Source: Octopus vulgaris
Lineage: Eukaryota
Direction of reading: 5' to 3'
Assembly (NCBI GenBank): GCA_951406725.2
Contig: OX597817.1
Span: forward strand, 17,980,001-18,044,000
DNA length: 64,000 nt
Shown: in pieces, positions 36,745-48,217 of the stretch
How the letters are laid out: each line of letters opens with the position of its first letter
How positions within the stretch are numbered: position 1 is the first letter of the stretch
Made by a program: the position numbers and the translations under genes
Notes under the pieces: model-generated
Databases searched by the model: none
What the model saw: the letters and a program-made list of their open reading frames with translations, nothing else
Told to the model about the DNA's origin: nothing

Positions 36745-37083
36745 TTATTCTTTAACCTTTTTTGGTTTTGGGAATAATTTAAAGCTGGGTGCTTTGGCTG
36801 TTTTTACGGTCTTAACTTTCCTGAGTTCTTTTTTGGAAAGCTGGTTTAATTTTGAGAGTTTGACACAGTTTGGTGGTGTTTTTATCTGTATTTCATCATC
36901 ACTGGGGTTATCTTCCAGTAATAATATGCTGCCACCGGTTGTGGAGTCACCTTCATTAGTCGAATGACTGGCATCAACTGCAGAGAGCGTCGACTCATCT
37001 GTCTTCATCTCTGAACTGTCATCAGTTTCTTTTTTAGCTACAGATTTGAGCTGCTTATCTAAACTGGTCATGATTGATTTCTC
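36745..37083 (-). CDS. NIFK: NIFK proximal terminal exon, 112 aa
   Basis: Acceptor tttatttttcag|GAG in phase 0, matching the upstream donor; DNPSDDEIQIKTPPNCVK resembles human NIFK DDKDDEIVFKQPISCVK; ends in TAA. Confidence 0.87.
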   Translation of the reverse strand, partial: EKSIMTSLDKQLKSVAKKETDDSSEMKTDESTLSAVDASHSTNEGDSTTGGSILLLEDNPSDDEIQIKTPPNCVKLSKLNQLSKKELRKVKTVKTAKAPSFKLFPKPKKVKE

Positions 37084-37380
37084 CTGAAAAATAAAAAGAA
37101 AAAAAGTTGAAAGAAATACCCCATCCATTATTGAAAATGCTCTAAAACCTGACTTATTCCTTCCACTACTACAAGCTCTTGACTGTTTGAGGTAACCAGA
37201 AAAAATGGATTGAATACAGTAAACATTTTTGCCTAACATCCTGAGTTTAAATCAAGCTAGCCTTGTTCTTGTCTTTTATGTCTTGGCTGGGAGAGGGAAG
37301 GTGTCAAACTACATGTAGCCTAAGCCCTAGGTTTCAGTGACATAAGTATGGAAAATAAGATTATATATACATATATACAG

Positions 37381-37763
37381 GGCGCAGGAGTGGCTGTGTG
37401 GTAAGAAGCTTGCTTACCAACCACATGGTTCCGGGTTCAGTCCCACTGCGTGGCATCTTGGGCAAGTGTCTTCTGCTATAGCCCCGGGCCGACCAATGCC
37501 TTGTGAGTGGATTTGGTAGACGGAAACTGAAAGAAGCCTGTCGTATATATGTATTTGTGTGTCTGTGTTTGTCCCCCTAGCATTGCTCGACAACCGATGC
37601 CGGTGTGTTTACGTCCCCGTCACTTAGCGGTTCGGCAAAAGAGACCGATAGAATAAGTACTGGGCTTACAAAGAATAAGTCCCGGGGTCGATTTGCTCGA
37701 CTAAAGGCGGTGCTCCAGCATGGCCGCAGTCAAATGACTGAAACAAGTAAAAGAGTAAAGAGT
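37381..37763 (+). mobile_element. SINE family A
   Basis: Match to the other copies. Confidence 0.9.
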
Positions 37764-38014
37764 ATATAAAAATAATTACTTTAAAATGTGCAACCAGCAA
37801 TATTTGAAGCAGCACAGTGCAATATTCGTTATAAAATACAGTTAAACTGATATGCTTCCAAATTTGACAAAGAGGTAAGTTGATTACACTGACTCCAGTG
37901 CTCAGCTGTTATTTTATCAACCCTGAAAAGATGAAAGGCAAAGTCAACCTCAATGGAATTTGAACTCAGAATGTAAAAATGGACGACATTCTGTCAACTT
38001 GCTGCCTTCATTAT

Positions 38015-38255
38015 TGTTTAACGTCCGTTCTCCATGCTAGCATGGGTTAGACGGTTCGACCGGGGATCTGGGAAGCCAGAAGGCTGCACCAGGCTCCGGT
38101 CTTATCTGGCAATGTTTCTACAGCTGGATGCCCTTCCTAACGCCAACCACTCCGTGAGTGTAGTGGGTGCTTTTTACGTGCCACCTGCACTGGTGCCAGG
38201 CAAGGCTGGCATCGGCCACGGTCGGATTGGTGCATTTTACGTGCCACCTGCACGG
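38015..38255 (-). mobile_element. RTE-LINE 3'-UTR-type repeat
   Basis: Same family as 7710-8015. Confidence 0.8.
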
Positions 38256-38639
38256 ACTCCACTGCAAATATTAGGGATATTTTTGTTTACATTGGGCAGG
38301 GAGTTGATTTGTTTGCAGACTTAGGCACCAGAATTGAGACACTTTGTTATGAATTTAGAAACTACAGTTATGTGGCTGATCTTCTCATTACCTTTTATAT
38401 TGCTTATACATCACCTGCAGGTGTCAATAAATTAAGAATCAGATTGACAAATGAAGAGAAAGAATTGTTTGGATGTCCAATATTAATTTAGTTTATCTCA
38501 TTAACACAAGCACAAATGTGTGTGTGTGTGTGTGTGTACTTGCAGGCATAGTTTTGTGGTTAAGAAGCTTGCTTTCTAACCACATGTTTCAAGTTCAGCC
38601 CTACACAGTACCTTGGGCAAGTCTTTTCTTCTATAGTCC

Positions 38640-39205
38640 TCACCGAGGCAATGGCTAGTGACTGAGACCATTGGAAATATGCTGTGCTTGAGAAGACCCA
38701 GCAAGCAAAGTGAGATCATAACCTCATGGCCTATGCCAGGGATGTAACCAGCTCATTTATGCATGCATACTGTTCCATCATTGGACACTAAACTCTGCTT
38801 GCAAAGACCTGTTGAGGCAAGTGAAATCGAAATCAAATTCAATGACTGGCATCTGTGCTAGTGGAGCGCTAAGAGCACCATCCAAGCGTGATTGTTGCCA
38901 GAGTAGCTAACTGGCTTCCGTGCCGGTGGTATGTAAAAAGCACCATTCGTGCGTGATTGTTACCAGCATCGCCTTACTGGCATGTGAAAAAAACATTCAA
39001 GCAAGGTCATTATCAGTGCAGGTGGCAAGTAAAAAACCATTTGAGCATGGCTGTTGCCAGTACTGCCTGACTGGCCCTTGTGCCGGTGGCACATAAAAGC
39101 ACCTGTTACACTCTCGGAGCCTGGTACAGCCATGTTTCACCAGTCCTCAGTCAAATCGTCCAACCCATGCCAGCATGGAAAGCGGACGTTAAACGATGAT
39201 GATGA
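38640..39205 (+). mobile_element. RTE LINE ORF end plus 3' UTR with (GAT)n tail
   Basis: Starts with the same CACCGAGGCAATG..GGAAATATGCTGTGCTTGAGAAGACC as 12372-12430 and runs into the GTGCCGGTGGCAC repeats and the tail. Confidence 0.75.
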
Positions 39206-39582
39206 GTCAGGGTAATAATCCTCAAGTCTAAGAACAATGAAAAGCCTAGAGATGGCTATGTGGAGAATCGAAAACACCACCATTCAAACAAGACTTTTGT
39301 TTACGAAAATCACATATGTCAAGTAATCTGGACATGCTTCCATGGGGATTTGCAAGCAAATGATACTGAGGTTGTTTACAGCCAGTGAACAAATATGAAG
39401 AGTGGAAATATGAACTCACAAAAACACAAACATGACTTGCCTCTTCAGTTTCTGTTCATCAATTTCGCTCACTGACTCACAGCATTATGGTACAGGTCAC
39501 TAGCCAATAATACCCATACAGTGGATATAGCCTTCAATCAAATGGTTTCAAAATAAACTTAATCACACAATCATCCTGTGCG

Positions 39583-40011
39583 CTATCCGAATCGTGGCCG
39601 ATGCCAGCGTCGCCTTGACTGGCTGCCATGCCGGTGGCACGTAAAAAGCACTATCCGAATCGTGGCCGATGCCAGCATCACCTTGACTGGCTGCCATGCC
39701 GGTGGCACGTAAAAAGCACTATCCGAATCGTGGCTGATGCCAGTGCCGCCTCGACTGGCTTCCGTGCCGGTGGCACGTAAAAGGCACCAATCCGATCATG
39801 GCCGTTGCCAGCCTCGCCTGGCACCTGTGCAGGTGGCACGTAAAAAGCACCCACTACACTAATGGAGTGGTTGGCGTTAGGAAGGGTATCCAGCTGTAGA
39901 AACACTGCCAGATCAGACTGGAGCCTGGTGCAGACTTCTGGCTTCCCAGATCCCCGGTCGAACCGTCCAACCCATGTTAGCATGGAGAATGGACGTTAAA
40001 TGATGATGATG
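39583..40011 (+). mobile_element. RTE-LINE 3'-UTR-type repeat with ~68-bp internal tandem units
   Basis: Three to four copies of CTATCCGAATCGTGGCCGATGCCAG...GGTGGCACGTAAAAAGCA, then the (GAT)n tail. Confidence 0.82.
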
Positions 40012-40219
40012 AACGACAGTGCATACGGCTATATTAATTTTTACATACTGCACGAAGCTGAGCTAAAATTACTGACATTTCCCTGTCAGCAAACCATCTA
40101 GTAGTTCTGCACTTTAGATGACAAGTAGCAGAAAAACTCCCTTGAAAAACAGGTTAGGGTTATGAGAAGAAGGATATCCAGCTGTAAAACAATGTCTCAT
40201 GCATGCATGTGTATATATA

Positions 40220-41091
40220 CGTGGTCTGATCAATGAGTACCTGGACTGTTGTCATAGTAATGAAGTTAAAGCATGCCGAGTGAAGCCACTTGGCAGATTG
40301 ACCTTGAACCTTGCTGTGCACGCGCACTAAGTTTTAACGCTCTAGCTCACTTCCACTGTTTACAGCAGTGCATGGAAGGAAGGTGTGTAGTGTGTGATCG
40401 TCGCATTGACCATGACAGAGAATCTGCATCAAATTTTGCCAAAAGTTTGGCAACATCTGCTCAGAGGCCTATGCAAAGTTTTCAAAAAGTTTCTATCGTT
40501 CTTGGCACAATCAGATTTCTTGTGCAACTGAAACCCAAGTGTCTTTTTGGTCAGCTGAAAGCAGTTTTGGAACAAACTTGACAGACACATGTCTCCTATC
40601 CAAATCTTCAGTGATAAGGGACTGAACTGAACTAATCTACACATCCACTGATAACTCACAGATGGTGATTCGACAGTTTCCCCATCACAGCTGCACACAC
40701 ATCTGTGATGTTTTTCTCAGTTCTGCTGGTTGCAGGTTTACCAGAACGTTCGTCAATATTGACATTTTTTCAGTCATCACGCAAACGTTTGAACCACTCG
40801 GACACCTGTGTGCAGCTCATACACTCCTCTCCATACACTTTCTGCAACTTTGCATAGGCCTCTGAGCAGGTATTGCCATGACAACTTTCTCTGTCATGGT
40901 CAATGCGATGATCACATGCTACACACCTTCCTTCCAAGCACTGCTGTAAACAGTGGAAATGAGCTAGAACGTTAAAACTTAGTGTGCATGCACAGCAGAG
41001 TTCAAGGTCAGTCTATGCCAAGCAGCTTCACTCTGTGTGCCTTAGCTTCGTTACTATGGCAACAGTACAGATACTTATCGATCAGACCTTG
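40220..41091 (-). mobile_element. Mariner-like deleted element with very long (about 250-270 bp) TIRs
   Basis: TA-flanked CGTGGTCTGATCAAT / ATCGATCAGACCTTG ends; mariner N-terminal HTH remnant CSEAYAKLQKVYGEECMSCTQVSEWFKR..DERSGKP on the minus strand. Confidence 0.82.
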
Positions 41092-41530
41092 TATATCACC
41101 ATCATCATTTAAATGTGCCGGTGGCACGTAAAAAGCACCCACTACACTCGCGGAGTGGTTGGCATTAGGAAGGGCATCCAGCCGTAGAAACTCTGCCAGA
41201 TCAGACTGGAGCCTGGAGCAGCCCCTGGCTTCCCAGACCTCGGTCAAACGATGATGATGATGATTCCAAGCTGGTATGGTTTCTATGATTGGATGCTCTT
41301 CCTAACGTCAACCACTTTACAGAGTGCATTAGGTGCTTTTATGCGGGCCACCCAGCACCTACGAGTCTGCAAGAGTAGGATCCCTCAGCTGAGAGACGGA
41401 TGTAGATAACATGCCTGTAAGTATGGAAGGCCAGGCATGTCCTCTACATCACACCCATGCTGGCATGGAAAAACAGATGTAAAATAATCAAAAAAAGTTG
41501 CTACATGTTCATCATGCTCCTGTTACTCAC

Positions 41531-41748
41531 CAAGTTGCTTGAATCAAATTCGATACCTATATCCTTAAGCTTTTCCACCCTTTTATTGAGCTTCTTCAGG
41601 GAACGAATGGTTTTATATCGAATCACTTTAGTAGATTTAGCTGAATTGTGTCGATCTCTGGAAATGATATGAGATTTTGGTGCTGAGAATTTTCTGTTAC
41701 ATCCTTTGAATAAATTGACTTTCACTTCTTCTGGTGGAATGAACCGAC
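41531..41748 (-). CDS. NIFK: NIFK exon 4 (CRFIPPEEVKVNLFKG...KLKDIGIEFDSSNL)
   Basis: ttcctccag / gtgagt, 218 nt, phase 1/0; matches human CHFMPPEKVHKELFK...KLAKKGIDYDF. Confidence 0.92.
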
Positions 41749-41813
41749 CTGGAGGAATTGAAAAAAAAAATAAAAGATTTCATTAGTATAAGCAAGGAAT
41801 ATTCACAATTTTA

Positions 41814-42033
41814 TTAACCCTTTCATTACTGTATTTATTTTGAGATGCTCTGTATTTCTTTCAATTATTTTAAATATAACAAAGAATTTAGTAAAATAAC
41901 TTAGTTATCATTAAGCTAGTGTTAGGAACATAAATTGTGACTAAGGTTTAGTGGTATATTTTAATGAAAATCTTATGAAAACAAGACATTAATACTATAG
42001 AGCCAGAGCCGGTTTTGGCAACGAAAGGGTTAA
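41814..42033. mobile_element. TTAA-flanked piggyBac-like MITE
   Basis: TTAA-CCCTTT ... GAAAGGG-TTAA; reverse complement of the 30502-30723 family. Confidence 0.8.
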
Positions 42034-42225
42034 ACAATGAATTTTAGCTTCATCTTACTTATGGAAGTTCTGATATAAAAGTTCAAGCAAGAAAGAGTCA
42101 CAAGTGATTGTTGGAGAATTTCTACATTTTTGGTCTCCCAACCCCAGTCATTGTAATACCACAAATTACAATGTATGGGATACAGTTGAGAAAGATGCCA
42201 GTTGTTTTACTTGCAACACCAAGGC

Positions 42226-42325
42226 NNNNNNNNNNNNNNNNNNNNNNNNNNNNNNNNNNNNNNNNNNNNNNNNNNNNNNNNNNNNNNNNNNNNNNNNNNN
42301 NNNNNNNNNNNNNNNNNNNNNNNNN
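42226..42325. other. Assembly gap (100 N)
   Basis: Run of n characters. Confidence 0.99.
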
Positions 42326-42637
42326 GCCTGAAGTTTGAAAGTGTTTAGTTACAAAAAATTAAATTAATTTCTCGATCCGTCGTTCAAAGGGTAAAGATCT
42401 GAGAGTACAAACACTGACTTGTTATATTTACTCCATTATATTTTAAGTGAAAGGACAAGTATGTAAACATAAATCTCTTTAGTGAAAGGCATGTTAATAC
42501 AAAAGTTGGTGCAATCCCTTTCAGTTAAATAAGTTAAACTTAATATTCTACCAAAGTTTTACATGCATTTAAGAAAAAACAAACAAACCTATGTTCTGAG
42601 TGTTTTGTCATGAAGACAATTTAAAAAAAAATTTGGA

Positions 42638-42910
42638 ATCATCATCATCGTTTAACGTCCGTTCTCCATGCTAGCATGGGTTGGACGGTTCGACCGGGGA
42701 TCTGGGAAGCCAGAAGGCTGCACCAGGCTCCAGTCTTATCTGGCAATGTTTCTACAGCTGGATGCTCTTCCTAACGCCAACCACTCCGTGAGTGTAGTGG
42801 GTGATTTTTACGTGCCACCCGCACAGGTGCCAGGCGAGGCTGGTAACGGCCACGGTCGGATTGGTGCATCTTACGTGCCACCGGCACGGAAGCCAGTCGA
42901 GGCGGCACTG
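42638..42910 (-). mobile_element. RTE-LINE 3'-UTR-type repeat
   Basis: Same family as 7710-8015. Confidence 0.8.
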
Positions 42911-43110
42911 TTCAATTTATTAAACTGAAAAGGATCAGATCACACTAATTTCTGGACTGACATGGGCTTCAGTACGGGAGTCTATATTTCACTTTGTTAT
43001 TTAATTTTAAAATATGAGGCCTACTGAAGGGACCTTGTTTAAAGAATTGAAATCTTAGACATAAAGAAAAAAAGCGAAACAAATTTAAAAACAAGAAGGA
43101 AAAAACTTAC

Positions 43111-43233
43111 TCTTTTACTTCGTGATAGTCTAAGGCGAGTCACTTTGCCAAATTGACTGAAATACGCTCTCATTTGGTTCTCAAAGAATCCATAGGGGAT
43201 ACGACCAAGATAAACAACACCACGCCCAGTTAC
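43111..43233 (-). CDS. NIFK: NIFK exon 2, first half of the RRM ([41 protein letters not shown])
   Basis: ctaaaag / gtaagt, 123 nt, phase 0/0; diagnostic NIFK/Nop15 GVVY..(H/R)IP.GF.E.....YFSQFG.VTR.RLSRSKR. Confidence 0.96.
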
Positions 43234-44139
43234 CTTTTAGAAAAGATATTATCAATAACATTTTGATAAAAAAAAAAGTATATACATGTACAGTTAAATG
43301 TAGAAATGTAGAAATGTAAAGTATAATTTGTTACATAATCTCTATAATAAGCATGACATTGAATGAAATAATTCCCTCGTTTGAGCTTTTTTAATTACAT
43401 ACGTGTGTAAACGCAGAAATTGAAACAAATATGGACTTGTTCCGAAACACCCCCGAGTGGGGAACAAAAACAGGTAAATTTTCATCCCCAAAAACAACCC
43501 CCAAAGAAGACTTTCATATCTCTGTCTCTTTATACACCAATCAATGTGCTTATTGAATTAAAAAGTTTAAAAACGTGGTTTCTTGCAATCTCCGGAATCT
43601 CCGAGGTCATCTAAAACATAGTGGGGGGGGGGGGGAGAAACAAATTTCGAAAAGTTTAAATGGGAGGGAGGAGTGGGTGTTAATCCTTTTTTTTTTTTTG
43701 CATATTCGTATCCGCCGACATCTAAAACGTAGAAATCTGAAAAAAAAAAACCTTTTCAAAAAATGCATCGGGATCCGAAAAATTTTGTTCATAAAAATGC
43801 ATTTTACAAGGAGAGGTGCGAAACTGCATTAGCCATATGTTCGTAGAAAATTTCATTAAAAAAATATCCATTTTTCTGAAAGTTATGATCATCCAAAGTC
43901 GTCGGTGGGGGTGACAGAAATCCGTAGTTATCCCCACCGAAGATCCTTAGTTGTTACATCGTTTATAATTTTCGCGAGGATAAGAAACTTCTTTAGGTTA
44001 AAACAACTATCAAAACACGACAATTGTAAAATTCCAGCCACTGATAATAAACAACTTGGTTATCACCAGTCGATAAAACTTGTTCCCCTTCGACAAGTAT
44101 TTTGCTTAAATGTTGATTTCAATCACAAACTCAGAAAAC

Positions 44140-44477
44140 TGGCGACGGACTTGGTAAACACCCACAAAGTTATCAACCACCTCACCAACAACAACACTGA
44201 ACACCTTTTTGACCTCCATGTGTCTAACACACGTGGACATGCCTACAAAGTCAGAAAACAACACAGCTCCCATGACTTTCGGAAACATTTCTTCACGCTC
44301 AGAGTTGCTGAAGCATGGAATAAACTGCCTGCGTCAGTTGTTGACTGCCATGACACTGCATCCTTTAAGGCCCTCATGCTTTCCGAAATCCGCCAAAACT
44401 ACACCTGATTATATATACACTTTAGATGAGTTGTAGTGCACCTGAGCACTGTACACAATGTTTTTATTATTATTATT
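44140..44477 (+). mobile_element. CR1-type LINE 3' fragment
   Basis: Nearly identical to the 3' end of 14361-17300, with a (TTA)n tail. Confidence 0.92.
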
Positions 44478-44479
44478 CT

Positions 44480-44903
44480 GGCGATCTTTCGTCTCTAGTA
44501 GACCTTTCCGTCGATTTCCGTAAAAAAATTTTTTTTTTTTACATATGGGCTTGCGGGAACTTTTGAAGTAATATACATACATATACACATACACCGAGTA
44601 AAAAATTTCAGTTATCTCTTTCTTTCACACATTACTCTGTCTCTTCACACACACTAACAGAAGCACTTCACTTACACAACATACTGTCTGTCTCCCACAC
44701 CCCATCAAACACACACACACACATGTACATCAATGCTTCCCATGCACGGTAACTTCAAAAGAACTTCCCTCGTCATACAATCGCTTTCTCTTAGTCTCTT
44801 TCGCTCTCATTACTTCAAAAGTTCCCGCAAGCCCATATGTAAAAAAAAAAAAAAATTTTTTTACGGAAATCGACGGAAAGGTCTACTAGAGACGAAAGAT
44901 CGC
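44480..44903. mobile_element. MITE with ~90-bp TIRs inserted in (TTA)n
   Basis: GGCGATCTTTCGTCTCTAGTAGACC...TTTTGAAGTAAT and its reverse complement at 44809-44903. Confidence 0.85.
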
Positions 44904-45169
44904 CCCATTATTATTATTATTATTATTATTATTTAAAACGCCGTCTTTTCCAGTAAAAGGAAAGGAAGCAAAATATTACGGAAACTTGTAAATTCTACTG
45001 GTTTTGAGTTCGAAGATTATGAAGCAAGTAAAACAGAAATAGATAATTGTTAGGAACAATTAATTAATTACACAATAATATGTTTATGTAAGGCAAGTGC
45101 CCCACGTGCTTGACAGTCAACATTCAAAAGATTTACGGCAAAATAATGATTTTAATTAAAGTGGCTTAC

Positions 45170-45280
45170 TTTAGTAGACTCGACGTTGGCAAATTTTTCG
45201 AATTCTTTCTGTTCTGACGGCAGTAATGCCAGATTTTCTGGTAATTTAGGAACCTTTCTTGAAGATTTGCCAGTTGCCAT
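45170..45280 (-). CDS. NIFK: NIFK exon 1 (MATGKSSRKVPKLPENLALLPSEQKEFEKFANVESTK)
   Basis: atcATGG start context, donor gtaagc, 111 nt, phase 0; LALLPSEQKEF resembles human LSLNPQEDVEF. Confidence 0.88.
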
Positions 45281-45890
45281 GATTAGCAAATTATTAAAAG
45301 AGGAAGACGCAAGAGCCCTCTAGCGGATTTCACTTGCTACTAAATTGACACGAATTTCCAAGGGAGGTAACAAATTTATGTAAGCTCGTTTTTTGACAAC
45401 TGTTCACGTGTTTATGCTTTGGCATATATAACTTATATGAGGTCTTTTCGGTTTTACATACCCGGTGCTATTGTTTTGAAAATTTTTTTTTTACACGGAT
45501 GTAGTTTTTAATGCTAATTATGAAAATCATAGATTTTGCCAGGTTATCTTTGGTTTTAGTTTTATCTTTGGCTGCGGGACTAACGAGTAAAACCAAACAA
45601 TCCGAGGATTGATACAAAAATAGACATGGGTATTCAGAGTAAGCGGAACGAATATATAAATATTTAAAAGTCACTTATTAAATAATCTGTTAGTATTTTA
45701 TTTTTAATTTTAATGATGATGTTTTAAAGTAACTTAATAAAATAATCTACAAAAAATAATTATCATATTGTCATACTTCTATAAAAATATTTCAAATTGG
45801 TTGGGTCTTAAGAAAGATTACTAGAAAAAATAACAAACGACAATAATGATATGAATGGGTGGGCGGGGGGGTGAAGCAAAATTACAGAAA

Positions 45891-46296
45891 TCATCATCAT
45901 CATCATCATCATCGTTTAGCGTCCGCTTTCCATGCTAGCATGGGTTGGTCGGTTCAACTGGGGTCTGGGAAGCCAGAAGGCTGCACCAGGCCCAGTCTAA
46001 TCTGGCAATGTTTCTTCGGCTGGATGCCCTTCCTAACGTCAACCACTCCATGAGTGTAGTGGGTGCTTTTTACGTGCCAACGGCACAGGTGCCAGACGAG
46101 TCTGGCAAACGGACACGATCGGATGGTGCTTTTTACGTGCCACCAGCACGAGGCCAGTCGGGGTGGCGCTGGCAACGGCCACGTTCGGATGGTGCTTTTT
46201 ACGTGCCACCGGCACGGGGGCCAGGCGAGGCTCGCAAATGGCCACAATTGGATGGTGCTTTTTACGTGCCACCGGCACGGGGGCCAGGTGAGGCTG
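45891..46296 (-). mobile_element. RTE-LINE 3'-UTR-type repeat
   Basis: Same family as 8287-8597, with four sub-repeats. Confidence 0.8.
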
Positions 46297-47194
46297 AACT
46301 ATCATGTCCATTTGATACTTAGGATTGTGAAGAAAGTAAGTGAACAGTGGAAAAAATACACCCCTTAAAATTTGAGATTCTGAAGATTTGGAACATGAAA
46401 TTTGTAGTAGTTGGTGCACCAGGGACTATGAATTTTGAAATAGTCATGTAGGGAAAGGAGATTGGAATGGAATCTCCTGTAGAACGAACTTCTACAGAAG
46501 GTTTGCTTCTAAAGAAAAAGAAAGGTAAGCAGAAGAGACTCGAGCGTTTGATGGCTTAGAGAAATAATGTGGATATCTAAGGTTATAGATTATAACCTGC
46601 GACCCATATATACTTTACCAGGAATAAGCCCAACCCTGAGGCAAGTCGAATAATTAATCTGGAAAGGTACCTAAGTAGTTATAAAAATATATTTCAAAAA
46701 TTTCACCGAAGAGAACATTAAATCAATATATTTTCAATTAATGATAGTTAATGAGTGACTTTTGAGCATTTACGTATTCGTTTCGCTTAGATAGAATATC
46801 CAAGTTTATTTTTGTATTTTCTCAGATTATTTTGGTTTCCTTAGCAATCCCGCAGATATAAGTATTTAAACGTAAAGATAGCAAACTTTTTGGAGAAATT
46901 AAGAATAAAGTAACTACCGAAACTTTAAGGATTGAAATATTTTTGAATTTCAGCCAATCAGATATAGCTCAGCATTGGCTGGGAAGACCAGAAATTGAAT
47001 GATTCCCCGGGTTTTACATAAGACTCTTATTGAAAGATACCTTCAAGAACCAGGGTCCCGCAAATAACAAGCTCGTCCATTACCTATTTATTTGTCCCTG
47101 TGCGCTACTGCTAGTTAGTTGTACACTTATGCAATGCAGACAGAAAACGAAAATAAAATAAAACAAAACGAAAAAAACTTCCATTTAAAATATG

Positions 47195-47602
47195 GGATCT
47201 TTTCGGTTTGAACGGCAGTTTTTTCTAGCGGTGTCATATGAAATTGTCACCCATAATTATGACCCTAGTATCGATCTATTGCATTTCAATCTATTTTAGG
47301 GTCAGGGAAGGGTATCTTTTTTTCTTCAGAAATGTAAATAAACCCAATCTGTTTCTTAAACGAGGGACATATTCATACGGCACAGAATGTTTTTTTTTTT
47401 ACCTCAATAGACGTCATTGATTAGTTGAAATTGCAGAATTTGAAGAAAAAAACAACAAATATCTTACAAACTATAGAATTTTCTCAATAAAGCCAAGAGA
47501 AAAAGATGTTTTTATAAACACATTCTACCAGTATACGAAGTTTAACATTTTTTAGTTACCTAGAAATTATGTTAAAAACTACCGTTCAAACCGAAAAGAT
47601 CC
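47195..47602. mobile_element. GG-terminal MITE with 8-bp TSD (Merlin/MULE-like)
   Basis: TIR GGATCTTTTCGGTTTGAACGG / CCGTTCAAACCGAAAAGATCC; TSD AAAATATG (47187-47194, 47603-47610). Confidence 0.9.
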
Positions 47603-48217
47603 AAAATATGTTCTAGAAATATGTTCTATAAAAAACCCCAAACAACGCACACACACACACGCGTGCGCGCACACACACACAGTCGATAAAGGCTAATACT
47701 TTATTTTATCGATGTCTGTAGGGCTGAAAAGTAAAGTTGATCTCTGTGGTAGAATTAAAGGGCCGTAACTGTGACCAACACACATTTGTGCCAGTTCACT
47801 ACCTACCATCTTTAAATTTGTCTGGAATTGATCACTAATATGCTAATATGCAGAGAATAGTCTATCCCACACTCCCTCTCTCTGCAAAGTTGGTTTAATA
47901 TAAATTCTCACGAAGTTCAAAACAATTCATAGTTGCTTACTCAACATAATACTTCTTTCAAGGGAGGCTACTTTAGCATTTTAAAAGTAGTCTCCCTTTA
48001 CTTCATCTTTGCTTATTTAAAAATCTAGTTACATAAAGTCAAAGAATAGGTTTTCTTTTCTGTATGTTCTATTCGTCTGTTCCAAATAGGATTCCTTCAT
48101 TATCTGCATTTACAACAGTTAAATAAACATACTAATCGGTTGTCAAATACACAGTTTATTTGGATACTTGAGAGTGGGAATTTATCTCATAACCACATTC
48201 GTTAATCTTCTGGTATA

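Noticed and set aside
42104-42225. ORF running into the gap
   Set aside because: Degenerate Tc1/mariner WPPNSPDLNP..Y.VW-like remnant (a similar relic lies at 33730-33900), not a host gene.
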